From NCBI GenBank assembly GCA_963776385.1, contig CAVZME010000011.1, forward strand, positions 285,307-349,306: a stretch of DNA of 64,000 nucleotides, written 5' to 3'. Below the pieces are notes generated by a model. That model did no database searches and was not told where the DNA came from. It saw nothing but the letters and a program-made list of their open reading frames with translations. The position numbers and the translations under genes were made by a program. This stretch comes from an uncultured Chloroflexia bacterium (lineage in GTDB: Bacteria > Chloroflexota > Limnocylindria > Limnocylindrales > CSP1-4). Positions 30,256 to 40,312 of this stretch are shown in pieces (position 1 is the first letter of the stretch; every line of letters starts with the position of its first letter).

Positions 30256-30450
30256 GGGGTCACCGCCGTGCCCTGCCAACCCAGTTGCTGCCAGATACGA
30301 CGGTGGCTCGTGGTCTGCGAGGAATCTGGGCTGCAGCCTGCATCCGACCAGGCGTTCAGCGGCCGGATCCGTGCTCGCCCGAGGAATGCCGGGGCGATCT
30401 CGTCCCCATGAACGCGCATAACGAAGGGGTCGTCTCTGGCAGGGACAGGG

Positions 30451-31621
30451 TCATCGGCGACGGGCTTCGGCGCTGGAGGCGGCCGCGACGAAGCGGTCGA
30501 ACACGGCCAGCGCATCCAGCGGCCCGGGTGCGCCCTCGGGGTGGTATTGGACGGTCTCGATCGGCTTCTCGCGGTGGCGCAACCCTTCGACCGATCGGTC
30601 GTTGAGGTTGACCTGGCTGACGCGGAACCCGGATGCCTCGGGGAGCGACAGGCCGACCACCTGGACCTCGTGGTTCTGCGCGGTCACCTGGACGACGCCA
30701 AGCTCGACATCCTCGACCGGATGATTCGCGCCGTGGTGGCCGAAGCGGAGACGCGTCGTCTCGGCGCCGGCCGCTCGACCGACGATCTGATGACCGAGGC
30801 AGATGCCGAGCAGCGGCCGGCCGTCGGCGATGACCGCGCGCGCGAGCTGCGACCTGCGACTCGAGACGCGCCGGGTCGCCGGGCCCGGGCGACAGGATGA
30901 TCCCGTCGATGTCGGCCGCGAGGACATCCTCCGCCGTCGCCGCATGGGGAAAGACCCGGACGCTCGCACCGCGATGCCGCATCGCTCGCACGATGTTGGT
31001 CTTGAGGCCCAGGTCCACGATCCCGACCCGCGGCCCGTCGACGCCCGTCGCCGGGTAGTCGGTCACGGCCGGCGGCGAGACCATGCCGACGAAGTCCTGG
31101 TCCTCCCAACGCGCCACCGCACGCGCAGCCGCGACCGCTTCGTCGCGATCGGTCTGGCCGGGCGCGGTCACGATCCCGCGGAGGCAGCCGTTCGCACGGA
31201 GGTGGCGGGCCAGGGCCCGGGTGTCCACGCCCGCGATGGCCGGGATCCCGTCGTCGCGAAGCAGGGCCGCGAGCTGGCGGGCGTCATCGAGGACGGCGGC
31301 GGTCGCGTTGGCCACCACGAGCGCCCGGAGCCACGGATGGATGGACTGGTCGTCGTCGGCGAGGCGCCCGTAGTTGCCGATCAGGGGATAGGTCATGACG
31401 ACGACCTGGCCGGCGTACGAGGGGTCGGTGCAGACCTCCTGGTAGCCCGTCTGGCTCGTGTTGACGACGAGGTCGCCGCCGGAGGCGACCGGGGCACCGA
31501 ACGCGACGCCCGGGAAGACCGTCCCGTCCTCCAGCGCCAGCAACGCGGGACCCAGGTCGCCGATCCGTGGATCGACGACGGCGCTCGTCCGGGGTGCCGG
31601 CGGCACGGGTCGCGCGATCAC
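30451..31621 (-). CDS. carA: Carbamoyl-phosphate synthase small subunit (frameshift near 30850)
   Basis: LEDGT.F.G, TGYQE..TDPSYAGQ, SPGPGDP, GICLGHQ, FGHHGANHP, QYHPE. Confidence 0.97.
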
Positions 31622-31632
31622 GCGGCCTCGGA

Positions 31633-31750
31633 TACAACGAACCCACCGGCCTCGCGGGCTCGGTGGGCGGACGCGTGCGCAGACATCGATGCCTCCTCGC
31701 CGGCCTCACGGGACCGGTACGCCAGCCTCACAGGACCGGCCATGAAAGGA
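31633..31750 (-). promoter_or_regulatory. PyrR-type pyrimidine attenuator with tandem binding loops and terminator
   Basis: Minus strand reads CCTTTC..GCCGGTCCTGTGAGGCTGGC-GT-ACCGGTCCCGTGAGGCCGGC-GAGGAGG, then hairpin CCCACCG...CGGTGGG-TTCGTTGT. Confidence 0.85.
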
Positions 31751-31775
31751 CGGGCTCAGGGTAGCATCCCGGGCC

Positions 31776-32657
31776 ATGGACCCGCTGCGCCGTCGCATCC
31801 GCCTGGCCGATGGTCGCGACCTCGATGCGATCGTCGGTGGCGCCGATTCCGACCGGGGCTTCCTGATGATCAATGGGACTCCCGCCGGTGTCTTGGCCCA
31901 GGCATCCGATGTCGCGGTGGTGGCCGCTCACGGGCTGCGCTATGTCTCATTCGGGCGTCCTGGCTATGGCGACTCGACGCGAGTGCCGGGCCGGTCCGTG
32001 GCGGACATCACGCCCGATGTCAGGGAGCTCGCCGGCCTGCTCGGGCTGAGGCAGCTCCACGTCGTCGGCTGGTCGGGCGGCGGGCCACATGCGCTCGCGT
32101 GTGCTGCATTGCTGCCTGACCTCGTGGTCGGGGCCGCGACGATCGCCGGCGTCGCTCCGTTCGACGCCGAGGGCCTCGACTGGCTGGACGGGATGGGTCT
32201 CGAGAACCACGAGGAATTCGCTGCCACGGCGGCCGGGCCTGAAGCACTCGAGGCGCATCTGGAGCCATTGGCGGCCGAACTCGCGTTCACGACGGGCGAG
32301 GACGTCGCGGCCTGGTTCGGCGACCTGGTCAACGAGGTCGACCGGGCGGCGTTGACCGGCGCGTTCGCAGAGTTCATCGCGGCCAGCACCCGAGACAGCG
32401 TCAGGACCGGCATCTGGGGCTGGCTCGACGACGACCTCGCGTTCATCCGCGATTGGGGGTTCGCCCTCGACTCGATCCATGTGCCGGTCGCGATCTGGCA
32501 GGGCTCCGAGGACCGGATGGTGCCGTTCGCGCACGGCCGATGGCTGGTGGATCACGTCCCGGGCGCGACGGCCCGCCTGCTCGACGGCGAGGGCCACCTC
32601 TCGCTCGTGGTGACCTCGTTCGACCGGATCGTGGCGGAACTGGTCGGAAGCGATTGA
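31776..32657 (+). CDS. Alpha/beta hydrolase
   Basis: RPGYGDS, GWSGG nucleophile elbow, WQG.EDRMVP, GHLS. Confidence 0.93.
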   Translation: MDPLRRRIRLADGRDLDAIVGGADSDRGFLMINGTPAGVLAQASDVAVVAAHGLRYVSFGRPGYGDSTRVPGRSVADITPDVRELAGLLGLRQLHVVGWSGGGPHALACAALLPDLVVGAATIAGVAPFDAEGLDWLDGMGLENHEEFAATAAGPEALEAHLEPLAAELAFTTGEDVAAWFGDLVNEVDRAALTGAFAEFIAASTRDSVRTGIWGWLDDDLAFIRDWGFALDSIHVPVAIWQGSEDRMVPFAHGRWLVDHVPGATARLLDGEGHLSLVVTSFDRIVAELVGSD

Positions 32658-32659
32658 CC

Positions 32660-33622
32660 TCAGGCGGACACGGCGGTGCGGGCGAAGGTCTCGAGCAGCA
32701 GCGCCACGAACCGGCGCTCATCCGCGTCGAGCGCGATGTGGACGTTCGGGTCGCCATCGCCGCGGTGGTTCGTATCGACCACGGTCTCACCGACCGTGAG
32801 CTCGCCGGACGTCTCGACGTCCACGTGGAGGAACGTGGTCGTGATGACGGCGGGATCGACGATCGAGGCCACGGCCAGTGCGTCGTGGACGGGCGCGGCG
32901 TTGGGGCGCTTCATCGGCTGGGTGCGGTCGTAGCCTGCGATCCGGCGTTCCGTGAACAGTGCGGCGGCCTCGCCGGCGGGCGTGCCGAGCGCACGGAGCG
33001 CGGCACAGTCGTCGAGCGAGACGAGCGCCTGGTGCGTCGCATCGAGTGGCACGAGGGTGATCTTCCGAACCCCGCTGCGCAGGACGACCCGCGCGGCTTC
33101 CGGGTCGGCCCACACATTGAATTCCGCGCGCGGCGTGACGTTTCCGTAGCGATCGGCGCCGCCCATGATGACCAGCTCCGGGATGAGGTCGCGGAGACGC
33201 GGCTCGGCCAGGAAGGCGGTCGCGATGTTGGACATCGGCCCGACCGGGACGAGGATGATCGGCTCGGTGGCGGCCCGGTAGGTCTCGATCAGGAACTCCA
33301 CGGCACCGGTGGCCTGCTTCGAGGAGGTCGAGGGCGGGATGTCGAGGTAGCCGCCGTGGACGGCGAAGGTGCTCTTGATGTCGGGCCGGGGCTTCGGGAA
33401 CTCATCGCGCTCGATCGGACGGGTCACGCCCTCGTAGACCGGCACCGGGATCCCGATGTGGTCGAAGACGCGGAGGGAGTTCTCCGTGCAGTACTCGACC
33501 GGGACGTTGCCGTTGACCGTGGTCGCGCCGATCAGCTCGAGGTCCGGGTGGAGCGCCGCGAACATGAGCGCGACGGCGTCGTCGGTCCCGGTGTCCACGT
33601 CGAGGATCACTTTGGTGAGCAT
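32660..33622 (-). CDS. Inosine/uridine-preferring nucleoside hydrolase
   Basis: DVDTGTDDA, GP.SNIA, AEFN.WADPEAA, VHDALAV. Confidence 0.96.
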   Translation of the reverse strand: MLTKVILDVDTGTDDAVALMFAALHPDLELIGATTVNGNVPVEYCTENSLRVFDHIGIPVPVYEGVTRPIERDEFPKPRPDIKSTFAVHGGYLDIPPSTSSKQATGAVEFLIETYRAATEPIILVPVGPMSNIATAFLAEPRLRDLIPELVIMGGADRYGNVTPRAEFNVWADPEAARVVLRSGVRKITLVPLDATHQALVSLDDCAALRALGTPAGEAAALFTERRIAGYDRTQPMKRPNAAPVHDALAVASIVDPAVITTTFLHVDVETSGELTVGETVVDTNHRGDGDPNVHIALDADERRFVALLLETFARTAVSA

Positions 33623-33676
33623 GGCCGCAGTCTATCGACGCTCAGCCCGCCGAGATTCTTCGGGTATCATGCGTCC

Positions 33677-33751
33677 GGGCCCGTAGCTCAGCGGCAGAGC
33701 AGGAGACTCTTAATCTCTCGGTCGTGGGTTCAAGTCCCACCGGGCTCACCA
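33677..33751 (+). tRNA. tRNA-Lys (anticodon CTT)
   Basis: Cloverleaf: GGGCCCG/CGGGCTC acceptor, GCTC/GAGC D-arm, GGAGA-CT-CTT-AA-TCTCT, GTGGG-TTCAAGT-CCCAC, encoded CCA. Confidence 0.97.
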
Positions 33752-33781
33752 ACATGCCACCTGCCTGATTCGGCATGCCCG

Positions 33782-35125
33782 TCAGGTCGTTGCGGACCCC
33801 CGACGCGCGGCCCGGGCCGCCTGCCGCCCGGCGATCGCCGCCAGGATGTACGGCTGGACGATCAGCACGGCAGCGACCGCCAGGACGATCAGCGCTGTCA
33901 GCTCGGCGTTCGCCTGGAGCATCACCACGGTCAGCAGGATGACCATGAATGGCGCTTTGAACAGGACGACCAGGAAGCCGGCCATCACGCCTCCGATGAG
34001 CACGTCCGAGCGCACGCCAGGCAGCAGCAGGCTGAGCGCAAGGGCCGCGCAGACCGAGGCGAAGATCGCCGGGAACGTCGGCCCACCGAGGAAGCCGCTC
34101 TTGAATGCGACAGCCAGCAGCGCCAGCTTGACGATCGCCATCGCGACGAGCTGGAGCGGGCCATAGGCGTCCGGGTTCGCGACGACCGTCTGGATCTGAG
34201 TCTCGCCCGAGAACAACAGGATCGGCGCGATCACGCCGACGATGCTGAAGACGATCCCGGCGGCCAGCGCGCGCTCGACCTCGCGGCCTTCGAACCGCCC
34301 GAAGAGGGCACTCGCCCCGCGGAACAGCCCGCCAGCGATCAACGCCAGCACCAGGCCGAGCAGGCCGCACAGCACGACCAGGACGATGTCGACGGCCGCC
34401 ATCGGCTGCGTCTCGGTGAGGTGGAGATAGTTCTCGAGCCCCGAGAAGCCGAAGGCGAAGAAGATCAGGTATCCGATCGAGCCACCGATGAGGTTGGCTG
34501 GCAGCGTCCGGGTCCGGACCTGGGGATCCGGGATCAATTCGTTCCCGAGTACGCCCGTGAACAAGGGGTTGGCGATGAGCCCGTTGTAGGCCGCGGCGAC
34601 CGTCGAGAAGACGACCTGCCCGCGGTGCTCGACAGGGATCCCGATCTTCTCGTTGTACATGGCAGCGAGCCTCATCGCGATCCCGCCGATCCCGCCTTCG
34701 GGCCCCAGGACCGCGCCGGAGAACAACGACACGAGCGGCATGACGATGGCGATCGGCAGGCGTCGCCAATCGATCCTCGACACGTCGCCACCGAGGCTGT
34801 CGAGCATCGACCCGTCGAGGTTCGTCGGGGCGTGCCGGTACTTCACGAGCAGGCCGACGACGAGTGAGAACGGCAGGCAGATGACCGGGAACATCCAGCG
34901 GTTCTCGACGACGAAGTCGTTCTCCCAGAGGAGCCGGTTGACAGTCTCGAAGAACTCCAGCCAGAGCAGGACCGCGACCGCGCCGATGACGGCAACGACG
35001 ACGACGTGGACGTACGGATGGACCGGCTGGGCCAGCGTGACCGAGGGCTCCTCATCAGGGCGCGACGTCCCGGAGCCCGTCGTCGAGCGAAGCGTTTCGG
35101 CGGTATCGCTGCCCGTGCTGTCCAT
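33782..35125 (-). CDS. ClC-family chloride channel protein (YfeO-like)
   Basis: GAVLGPEGG and SGFLGGPTFP motifs, many TM helices. Confidence 0.88.
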   Translation of the reverse strand: MDSTGSDTAETLRSTTGSGTSRPDEEPSVTLAQPVHPYVHVVVVAVIGAVAVLLWLEFFETVNRLLWENDFVVENRWMFPVICLPFSLVVGLLVKYRHAPTNLDGSMLDSLGGDVSRIDWRRLPIAIVMPLVSLFSGAVLGPEGGIGGIAMRLAAMYNEKIGIPVEHRGQVVFSTVAAAYNGLIANPLFTGVLGNELIPDPQVRTRTLPANLIGGSIGYLIFFAFGFSGLENYLHLTETQPMAAVDIVLVVLCGLLGLVLALIAGGLFRGASALFGRFEGREVERALAAGIVFSIVGVIAPILLFSGETQIQTVVANPDAYGPLQLVAMAIVKLALLAVAFKSGFLGGPTFPAIFASVCAALALSLLLPGVRSDVLIGGVMAGFLVVLFKAPFMVILLTVVMLQANAELTALIVLAVAAVLIVQPYILAAIAGRQAARAARRGSATT

Positions 35126-35297
35126 TTCGCCTCATGATGAAAGGGTCTGTCGACCGGCGAATGATGAACCAGCGGGGGCCTGTTCCGTGCAGCCACCGCA
35201 ACAGCACTCAGCGAGAGCCGCGCGGTGCTGTCGCCGGGATCGCTGCGGGCCTATCCTTCAGTCTCACACGCCCGGGGGCGCTTGGGAGCTCGCTACC

Positions 35298-35525
35298 GTG
35301 GATGAAGCGGCGCATATCGACGAGATCGCCGAGGCCGGCGCGCAGTGGGAAGCCGCCGTCCGATCGTACGTCCGGACGTGGGGGCGGCCGGCCGAGGATG
35401 GCATCGTCACCGCCGAGGAGTGGCGCGCCTCCGAGCTGGAGCGCTCGGCACGGTCCGCATACGAGGCGGCCCGCGACGAATACCGCCAGCATCTGCGCGG
35501 CGATCCGCACCCGGGCAGCGACTGA
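35298..35525 (+). CDS. Small helical hypothetical protein (75 aa)
   Basis: GGGAG upstream of GTG, coding-like codon usage. Confidence 0.55.
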   Translation: MDEAAHIDEIAEAGAQWEAAVRSYVRTWGRPAEDGIVTAEEWRASELERSARSAYEAARDEYRQHLRGDPHPGSD

Positions 35526-35558
35526 GCATCAGCGGTGCGGCTGCGCCGGGCGCGCCGG

Positions 35559-35891
35559 TCAGTGACCTTCGGCGAGTCGCTTCGGGGCGGTCAGCCGCCA
35601 CGCCTCGACGATCAGCGTCCGCAGCAGGTCGTCATCGATCCGTCGAAGGTCGGCCGTGACCCAGCCATAGCGCCCGACGTAGGCCGACGACCGGAATGTG
35701 TCGGGATCGCGGTCGATGAGCTCGGCCTGCGTCGCCGGCGTCGCCTTGATCGAGACCGACTCACTCCCCTCGCCGCCGATGGCGAAGATCTTCTTGCGCA
35801 CCCGGAAGGTGACATCGACCTCCCAGGTCACGATCTCCTCCGCCTCCGGCAGGGCCATCGCGATCGCCCGAACGTCGTCGAAGGTGGCCAC
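35559..35891 (-). CDS. MmcQ/YjbR family protein
   Basis: VRAIAMALPE.EE...W..TFRVRKKIFA, AYVGRYGWV, EAWRLTAPKRL. Confidence 0.9.
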   Translation of the reverse strand: MATFDDVRAIAMALPEAEEIVTWEVDVTFRVRKKIFAIGGEGSESVSIKATPATQAELIDRDPDTFRSSAYVGRYGWVTADLRRIDDDLLRTLIVEAWRLTAPKRLAEGH

Positions 35892-35911
35892 GGCGTTCGG
35901 GGCAGTGTCTG

Positions 35912-37420
35912 TCAGCTCGGCTGGTTGTCGATCTGGGCACGCTGGAGTCGGCCCGAGAAGTCGACGTAGATCGACTTCCATTCGGTGTAGGTGTCGAGGG
36001 CGATGTGGCCGGCTTCGCGGTGGCCGTTGCCGGTCTCCTTCCAGCCGCCGAACGGCAGATGGACCTCGGCCCCGGTCGTGCCCGCGTTGACGTACACGAT
36101 GCCGGTCTCGAAGTCGCGCATCGCGCGGAAGGCCATGTTGACGTCGCGGGTGAAGATGCTCGAGGACAGGCCGTAGCGCGTCTGGTTGAGGGCCAGCATC
36201 GCGGCGCCGTAGTCGTCCACCGTGATCACCGACAGGACCGGGCCGAAGATCTCCTCCTGGCCGATCCGGTCCATCGGACCGACCCTGGCGAAGATCGTCG
36301 GCTCGAAGAAGTGGCCGTTGCCGAGACCACCGCCGCTCGCCCGGCCCCCGCCGAGGACGAGGTCGCCCTCAGCTCGCCCGATATCGACGTACGAGGCGAC
36401 CTTGTCGGCCGCACCCGCGTTGATGAGCGGGCCGACATCGACCGCCGGGTCGAGCCCGGACCCGAGGACGAGCTTGCGGGCACGCGCCTCCAGGCGTTCG
36501 AGAAGCGGGCCGACGACCGCCTGCTCCACGATCACTCGTGACGCCGCCGTACAGCGCTGGCCGGTCGTGCCGAAGGCGGACCACAGGATGCCGTCCGTCG
36601 CGAGATCGAGATCAGCGTCGGCGAGCACGACCACGCCGTTCTTGCCACCGAGCTCGAGCGAGACGCGCTTGAGGCGGCGTCCGGCGCGCGCGGCGATATG
36701 CTTGCCGGTCACGGATGAGCCGGTGAACGAGATGACCGACACGTCCGGGCTGTCGACGATCGCGTCGCCGACCTCACCGCCCGCCCCAGTCACCAGGTTG
36801 ACGACGCCCGGCGGGAAGCCGGCCTCGGCCATCAGCTCCACCAGCAACGTCGCGCAGTGCGGCGTGTCGGACGACGGCTTGAACACGACCGTGTTGCCGG
36901 TCACCAGCGCCGGCATCGTCTTCCAGCACGGGATGGCCATCGGGAAGTTCCAGGGCGTGATGATCCCGGCCACCCCGAGCGGCTGACGGATGCTCATCGC
37001 CCACTTGTCGGGGAGCTCGGACGGGACCGTGTCACCCGCCATCCGGCGACCCTCGCCTGCCATCAAGTAGGCGATGTCGATGCCTTCCTGAACGTCACCT
37101 CGGGCCTCCGCGATGACCTTGCCCATCTCGCGGGTCATCGCCCGGGCGAGCCGCTCCTTGTGCTGGGCCATCAGCGCGCCGAACGCATACAGGATCTCGC
37201 CCCGCTTGGGCGCCGGGGTGCGGCGCCACATCGGCCCGGCCGACTCGGCCGCCTTGATGGCCATCGCGACGTCGGCCCTGGTGCCCTGCTGGAAGCGTCC
37301 GACGATGTCGTTGGTGTCGGCGGGATTGCGGCTCTCGAACGTCATTCCCGACGTGGAATCGCACCATTCCCCGGCGATGAAGTTGCGGAACGTGGGGGTC
37401 TCGACGGCGGTCTCGGTCAT
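35912..37420 (-). CDS. Aldehyde dehydrogenase family protein
   Basis: ITPWNFP, FTGS, LELGGKN, GQRCTA, EEIFGP, PFGG.K.TG. Confidence 0.96.
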   Translation of the reverse strand: MTETAVETPTFRNFIAGEWCDSTSGMTFESRNPADTNDIVGRFQQGTRADVAMAIKAAESAGPMWRRTPAPKRGEILYAFGALMAQHKERLARAMTREMGKVIAEARGDVQEGIDIAYLMAGEGRRMAGDTVPSELPDKWAMSIRQPLGVAGIITPWNFPMAIPCWKTMPALVTGNTVVFKPSSDTPHCATLLVELMAEAGFPPGVVNLVTGAGGEVGDAIVDSPDVSVISFTGSSVTGKHIAARAGRRLKRVSLELGGKNGVVVLADADLDLATDGILWSAFGTTGQRCTAASRVIVEQAVVGPLLERLEARARKLVLGSGLDPAVDVGPLINAGAADKVASYVDIGRAEGDLVLGGGRASGGGLGNGHFFEPTIFARVGPMDRIGQEEIFGPVLSVITVDDYGAAMLALNQTRYGLSSSIFTRDVNMAFRAMRDFETGIVYVNAGTTGAEVHLPFGGWKETGNGHREAGHIALDTYTEWKSIYVDFSGRLQRAQIDNQPS

Positions 37421-37469
37421 GCCCCGGAGTGTACGCCCCGGGTCATCGCGAGACCGCCGCGAGTCGCGC

Positions 37470-38726
37470 TCATCCGGCCGCGAGCCGTTGCCATTCGACC
37501 CAGTCGGGGAACGCCGCCGACCACGTCGCCGGCTCCCGGCGCCGCCCGCCGGATCGAGGATCCACGGCTGGTCCGAGTCCCATTCGGTTGCCAGGATCGA
37601 CAGTCCCATCGGGCGACCAGTCGAACTGGATGCCATTCGAGAAGGCGGGGCCGGTCAGCGTGATGGCGGGCGTGGGATCGTCGGCTCGAGCCACGCCGAC
37701 CCGGTGGGCCGCCGGACGTCGTCCAGACCATGAGCGCGAGCCGGGTGCCGTCAGGCGAGAACCGCGGGAAGCCGATGTCCTGACCGTCTCGGGCCTGATG
37801 ACGGTGTCGGGTCCGTCGACCGTCAGGATGTGGGTCTCGCGGGCGGCCCGAGAGCTGTACGCGACCCGGCGACCGTCGGGCGACCAGGTGTGCCAGAGAT
37901 AGTCGAACGTCGCACCGTCGAAGGCCGACAACGCTCGCGAGCCGGTCCCGTCGGCCTTCACCAGGAGCAGGCCGGCCATGCCGTCGCGGATGCCTCGCAC
38001 GAGGATCTCGTCGCCCGACGGCGGGCGCCAGTGGATCTCGTCTGCGATCGGGACGTCAAGATCGATGCCATGGGCCTCGGAACCGTCGGTCCGGGCGATC
38101 CAGAGCTTGCCCGCCGAGTGGAAGGCCAGTCTCTGTCCGTCCGGCGACCAGGCCAGCAGTCCGGTCTCACCGACGCCGGGAGCGCCTCATCGGTCAGCCG
38201 GATCAGGTTGCGCCCGTCCGGTCGACGGCGAACACGCGCGTCGCTGGCGCTCTCGCGTCCGGATGAACGCGATCCGCGTGCCGTCGCGGGAGTACACCGG
38301 GTAACGATCCGCTCTCCGGGCCGCCGACGATCGTCGTCGACGCGCCCGTGACCGGATCGACCGTCGCGATGTCGCCGGTCGGGGTCACGATCGCGACTTG
38401 TCCGTTGGCCGCCAGGCCGAACGGCGGTGGGACCGGGTGTCTCGAGCCCACGACGAGGAGCCCGATCACCGAGACGAGGATGAGCACCAGGAGCAACGCC
38501 GCGTACGCCGCGGCGCGCGGGAATCGCACCCGCTCCATCGTGAGCTGCATCGGAAGCCACCTTTCGCGCAGCAGCCAGGCAGGCCGTGGACGCGTCGACC
38601 GTCGCTGGGCGATGGTCCGCTCGAGCAGCTCGGGCGGTTCGGTGACGCGTGCCTCGGTCTCGAACCAGGCCGCCATAGGCGGTCGAACTCCGGCGTCGCG
38701 GGGGTCATGTCGTCGCGCGCCGTCAT
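37470..38726 (-). CDS. Membrane-anchored TolB-like (PD40) beta-propeller protein, probable anti-sigma (multiple frameshifts)
   Basis: AWFE.EA...P..L...T.PRPAW N-terminus, TM helix, repeated W/FSPDG motifs spread over several frames. Confidence 0.7.
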
Positions 38727-39281
38727 GTCGGCCGTCCTTGGGTCATCAGGTCGGAGCGGGCATCCGCGTCGAGCGCTGCGCGCATGGCTGCGATCGCCCG
38801 ATGGAGTCGGGAGCGGACCGTGCCTGGCGGGATGCCCAGGATCTCGGCCGATCTCGTCGAGGGTCAGGCCGAGGTAGTAATGCAGGACGAGGATCGCCCG
38901 CTGGTCGGTGTCGAGCCGGCGGAACCCGCGCTCGAGCTGATCGCGGTCGGCAAGATCCAGGCTCGCGTCGGGTTCCGAGGCCTCGCGGTCACCGAAGCGT
39001 GGATCTCGATGCTGCCGTCGCCGTTTCGAACGCCCTGCTTCGCGATAGCAGGATCGGACGAGCAGGCGGTGGAGCCAGGCGTCGAAGCGGTCGGGGTCGC
39101 GGAGACCGGCGATGTTGACCCAGGCGGCGACGAGCGCCTCCTGGGTCGCATCCTGGGCCTTCTCCTCGTCGCGGAGGATCAGCCGGGCGACGACGTAGAG
39201 TCGGTGGATCGAGATGCGTGCCAACTCATCGAACGCATCCCCATCCCGCGCCATCGCCCGTTCCACGAGATCCCGCTGCAT
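38723..39281 (-). CDS. ECF sigma factor (frameshifted)
   Basis: GDGDAFDEL, AQDATQEAL..AW...LRDPDRFDAWL, RAILVLHYYLGL..EI..LGIPPGTVRSRLHR. Confidence 0.92.
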
Positions 39282-39324
39282 CGGGCCTCCGGTCGGTGCA
39301 CGACCTCCGTGGTCGTGTCGCTAC

Positions 39325-40300
39325 CTATGAGCGGCGGGCAGGGCCTGACGGTTCCCAATTCGCCGAGTCACGCGATCCAGAGGCGTTCCGGATGGCCCAC
39401 GGCTCGAGGATCGCGTAGGCCGCGTTCATGTTCGGCGTCGGAACGCCGTGCTCGCGACCCGAGCCGGACGGTCGCGCCTTGAAGCGCGTCGATCTCCATC
39501 CGATGGCCGGCGACCAGATCGGTCTGGAGCGACGCCTTCGAGTCATCGGCCTGGGACATGACGAGGCCGAACTGGCGATCGACCAGGCCGTCGTCGAGAT
39601 CGACGCCCGATGCGCGACCGACCGCCCACACCTCGGTCATCAGGTCTCGGAGCATGGCGGTGGCCGCCGGTGAGCGCCGGATATCGCCGAGCGGCAGTTG
39701 CGTGGCCGCCGAGACCGCGGACAGCGCGGCCAGCAGCACGTACTTCTCCCATTTCGCGACCTGGATATCCGGCGTTCGTCGTCGCGCCGACGCCGCCTGC
39801 CTCGGCGGCCGCGATGATGCGCCTTCACGCGGCCGACGGGTCGCCGCCGGTCCACTCCCCGAAGACGATGCTGCGCGGGCCGCTGGCAACAACGACTCCG
39901 GGCACCCGGATCGCCGCGAAGATGTAGGCGGCACCACCGAGGACGTGATGCCAGCCGATGGCGTCGGCGATCTTCGGCTCGTTGTCGATGCCGTTCTGGA
40001 GCGAGACGACGGCCGTGTCCGGGCCGAGCAGCGGCCGGAGCGCCGGTGCCGCGGTCTCCGTGTCGTATGACTTGACGCAGAAGAGGACGACGTCGACCGG
40101 GCCGATCTCGGCCGGATCGTCCGTGGCGTGGAGGTCCTGGTGGACCGTCCCATCGGCAGTCTCGATCGTCAGGCCGTCGCGGCGCAGCGCATCGAGATGG
40201 GAGCCACGGGCGATCAGGTGGACGTCGGCGCCGCCGCGGGCGAAGCCCGCGATCCGTAGTACGCCCCGATACCACCTGCTCCGAAGACAGCGACCCTCAT
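39325..40300 (-). CDS. panE: 2-dehydropantoate 2-reductase (multiple frameshifts)
   Basis: MRVAVFGAGGIG, LFCVKSYD, SLQNG, KWEK, SLQTDL..G..MEID. Confidence 0.88.
39327..39355 (-). promoter_or_regulatory. Putative ECF promoter upstream of the third sigma gene
   Basis: Minus strand reads GGAACC-N15-CCGCTCAT, similar to the module 2 promoter GGAACC-N14-CCGCTCAA. Confidence 0.55.
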
Positions 40301-40312
40301 CGCGACGCTCCG

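Noticed and set aside
26822-31621. carA/carB and about 20 other genes as pseudogenes or programmed frameshifts
   Set aside because: There are no slippery sites or in-frame stops, catalytic motifs are intact, and the extra bases look like superimposed alleles, so an artefact is more likely.
32453-34867. 804-aa plus-strand ORF and other long Arg/Pro-rich antisense or alternative-frame ORFs
   Set aside because: These are shadow ORFs typical of ~70% GC DNA; this one overlaps two clear genes and a tRNA.
35126-35297. Fluoride riboswitch upstream of the ClC gene
   Set aside because: The GGCGATGG...CTGATG consensus is absent; there is only a generic hairpin (ACAGCAC...GTGCTGT).
33677-35560. Genomic island integrated at tRNA-Lys
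   Set aside because: I found no integrase and no duplicated tRNA 3' end in the window.
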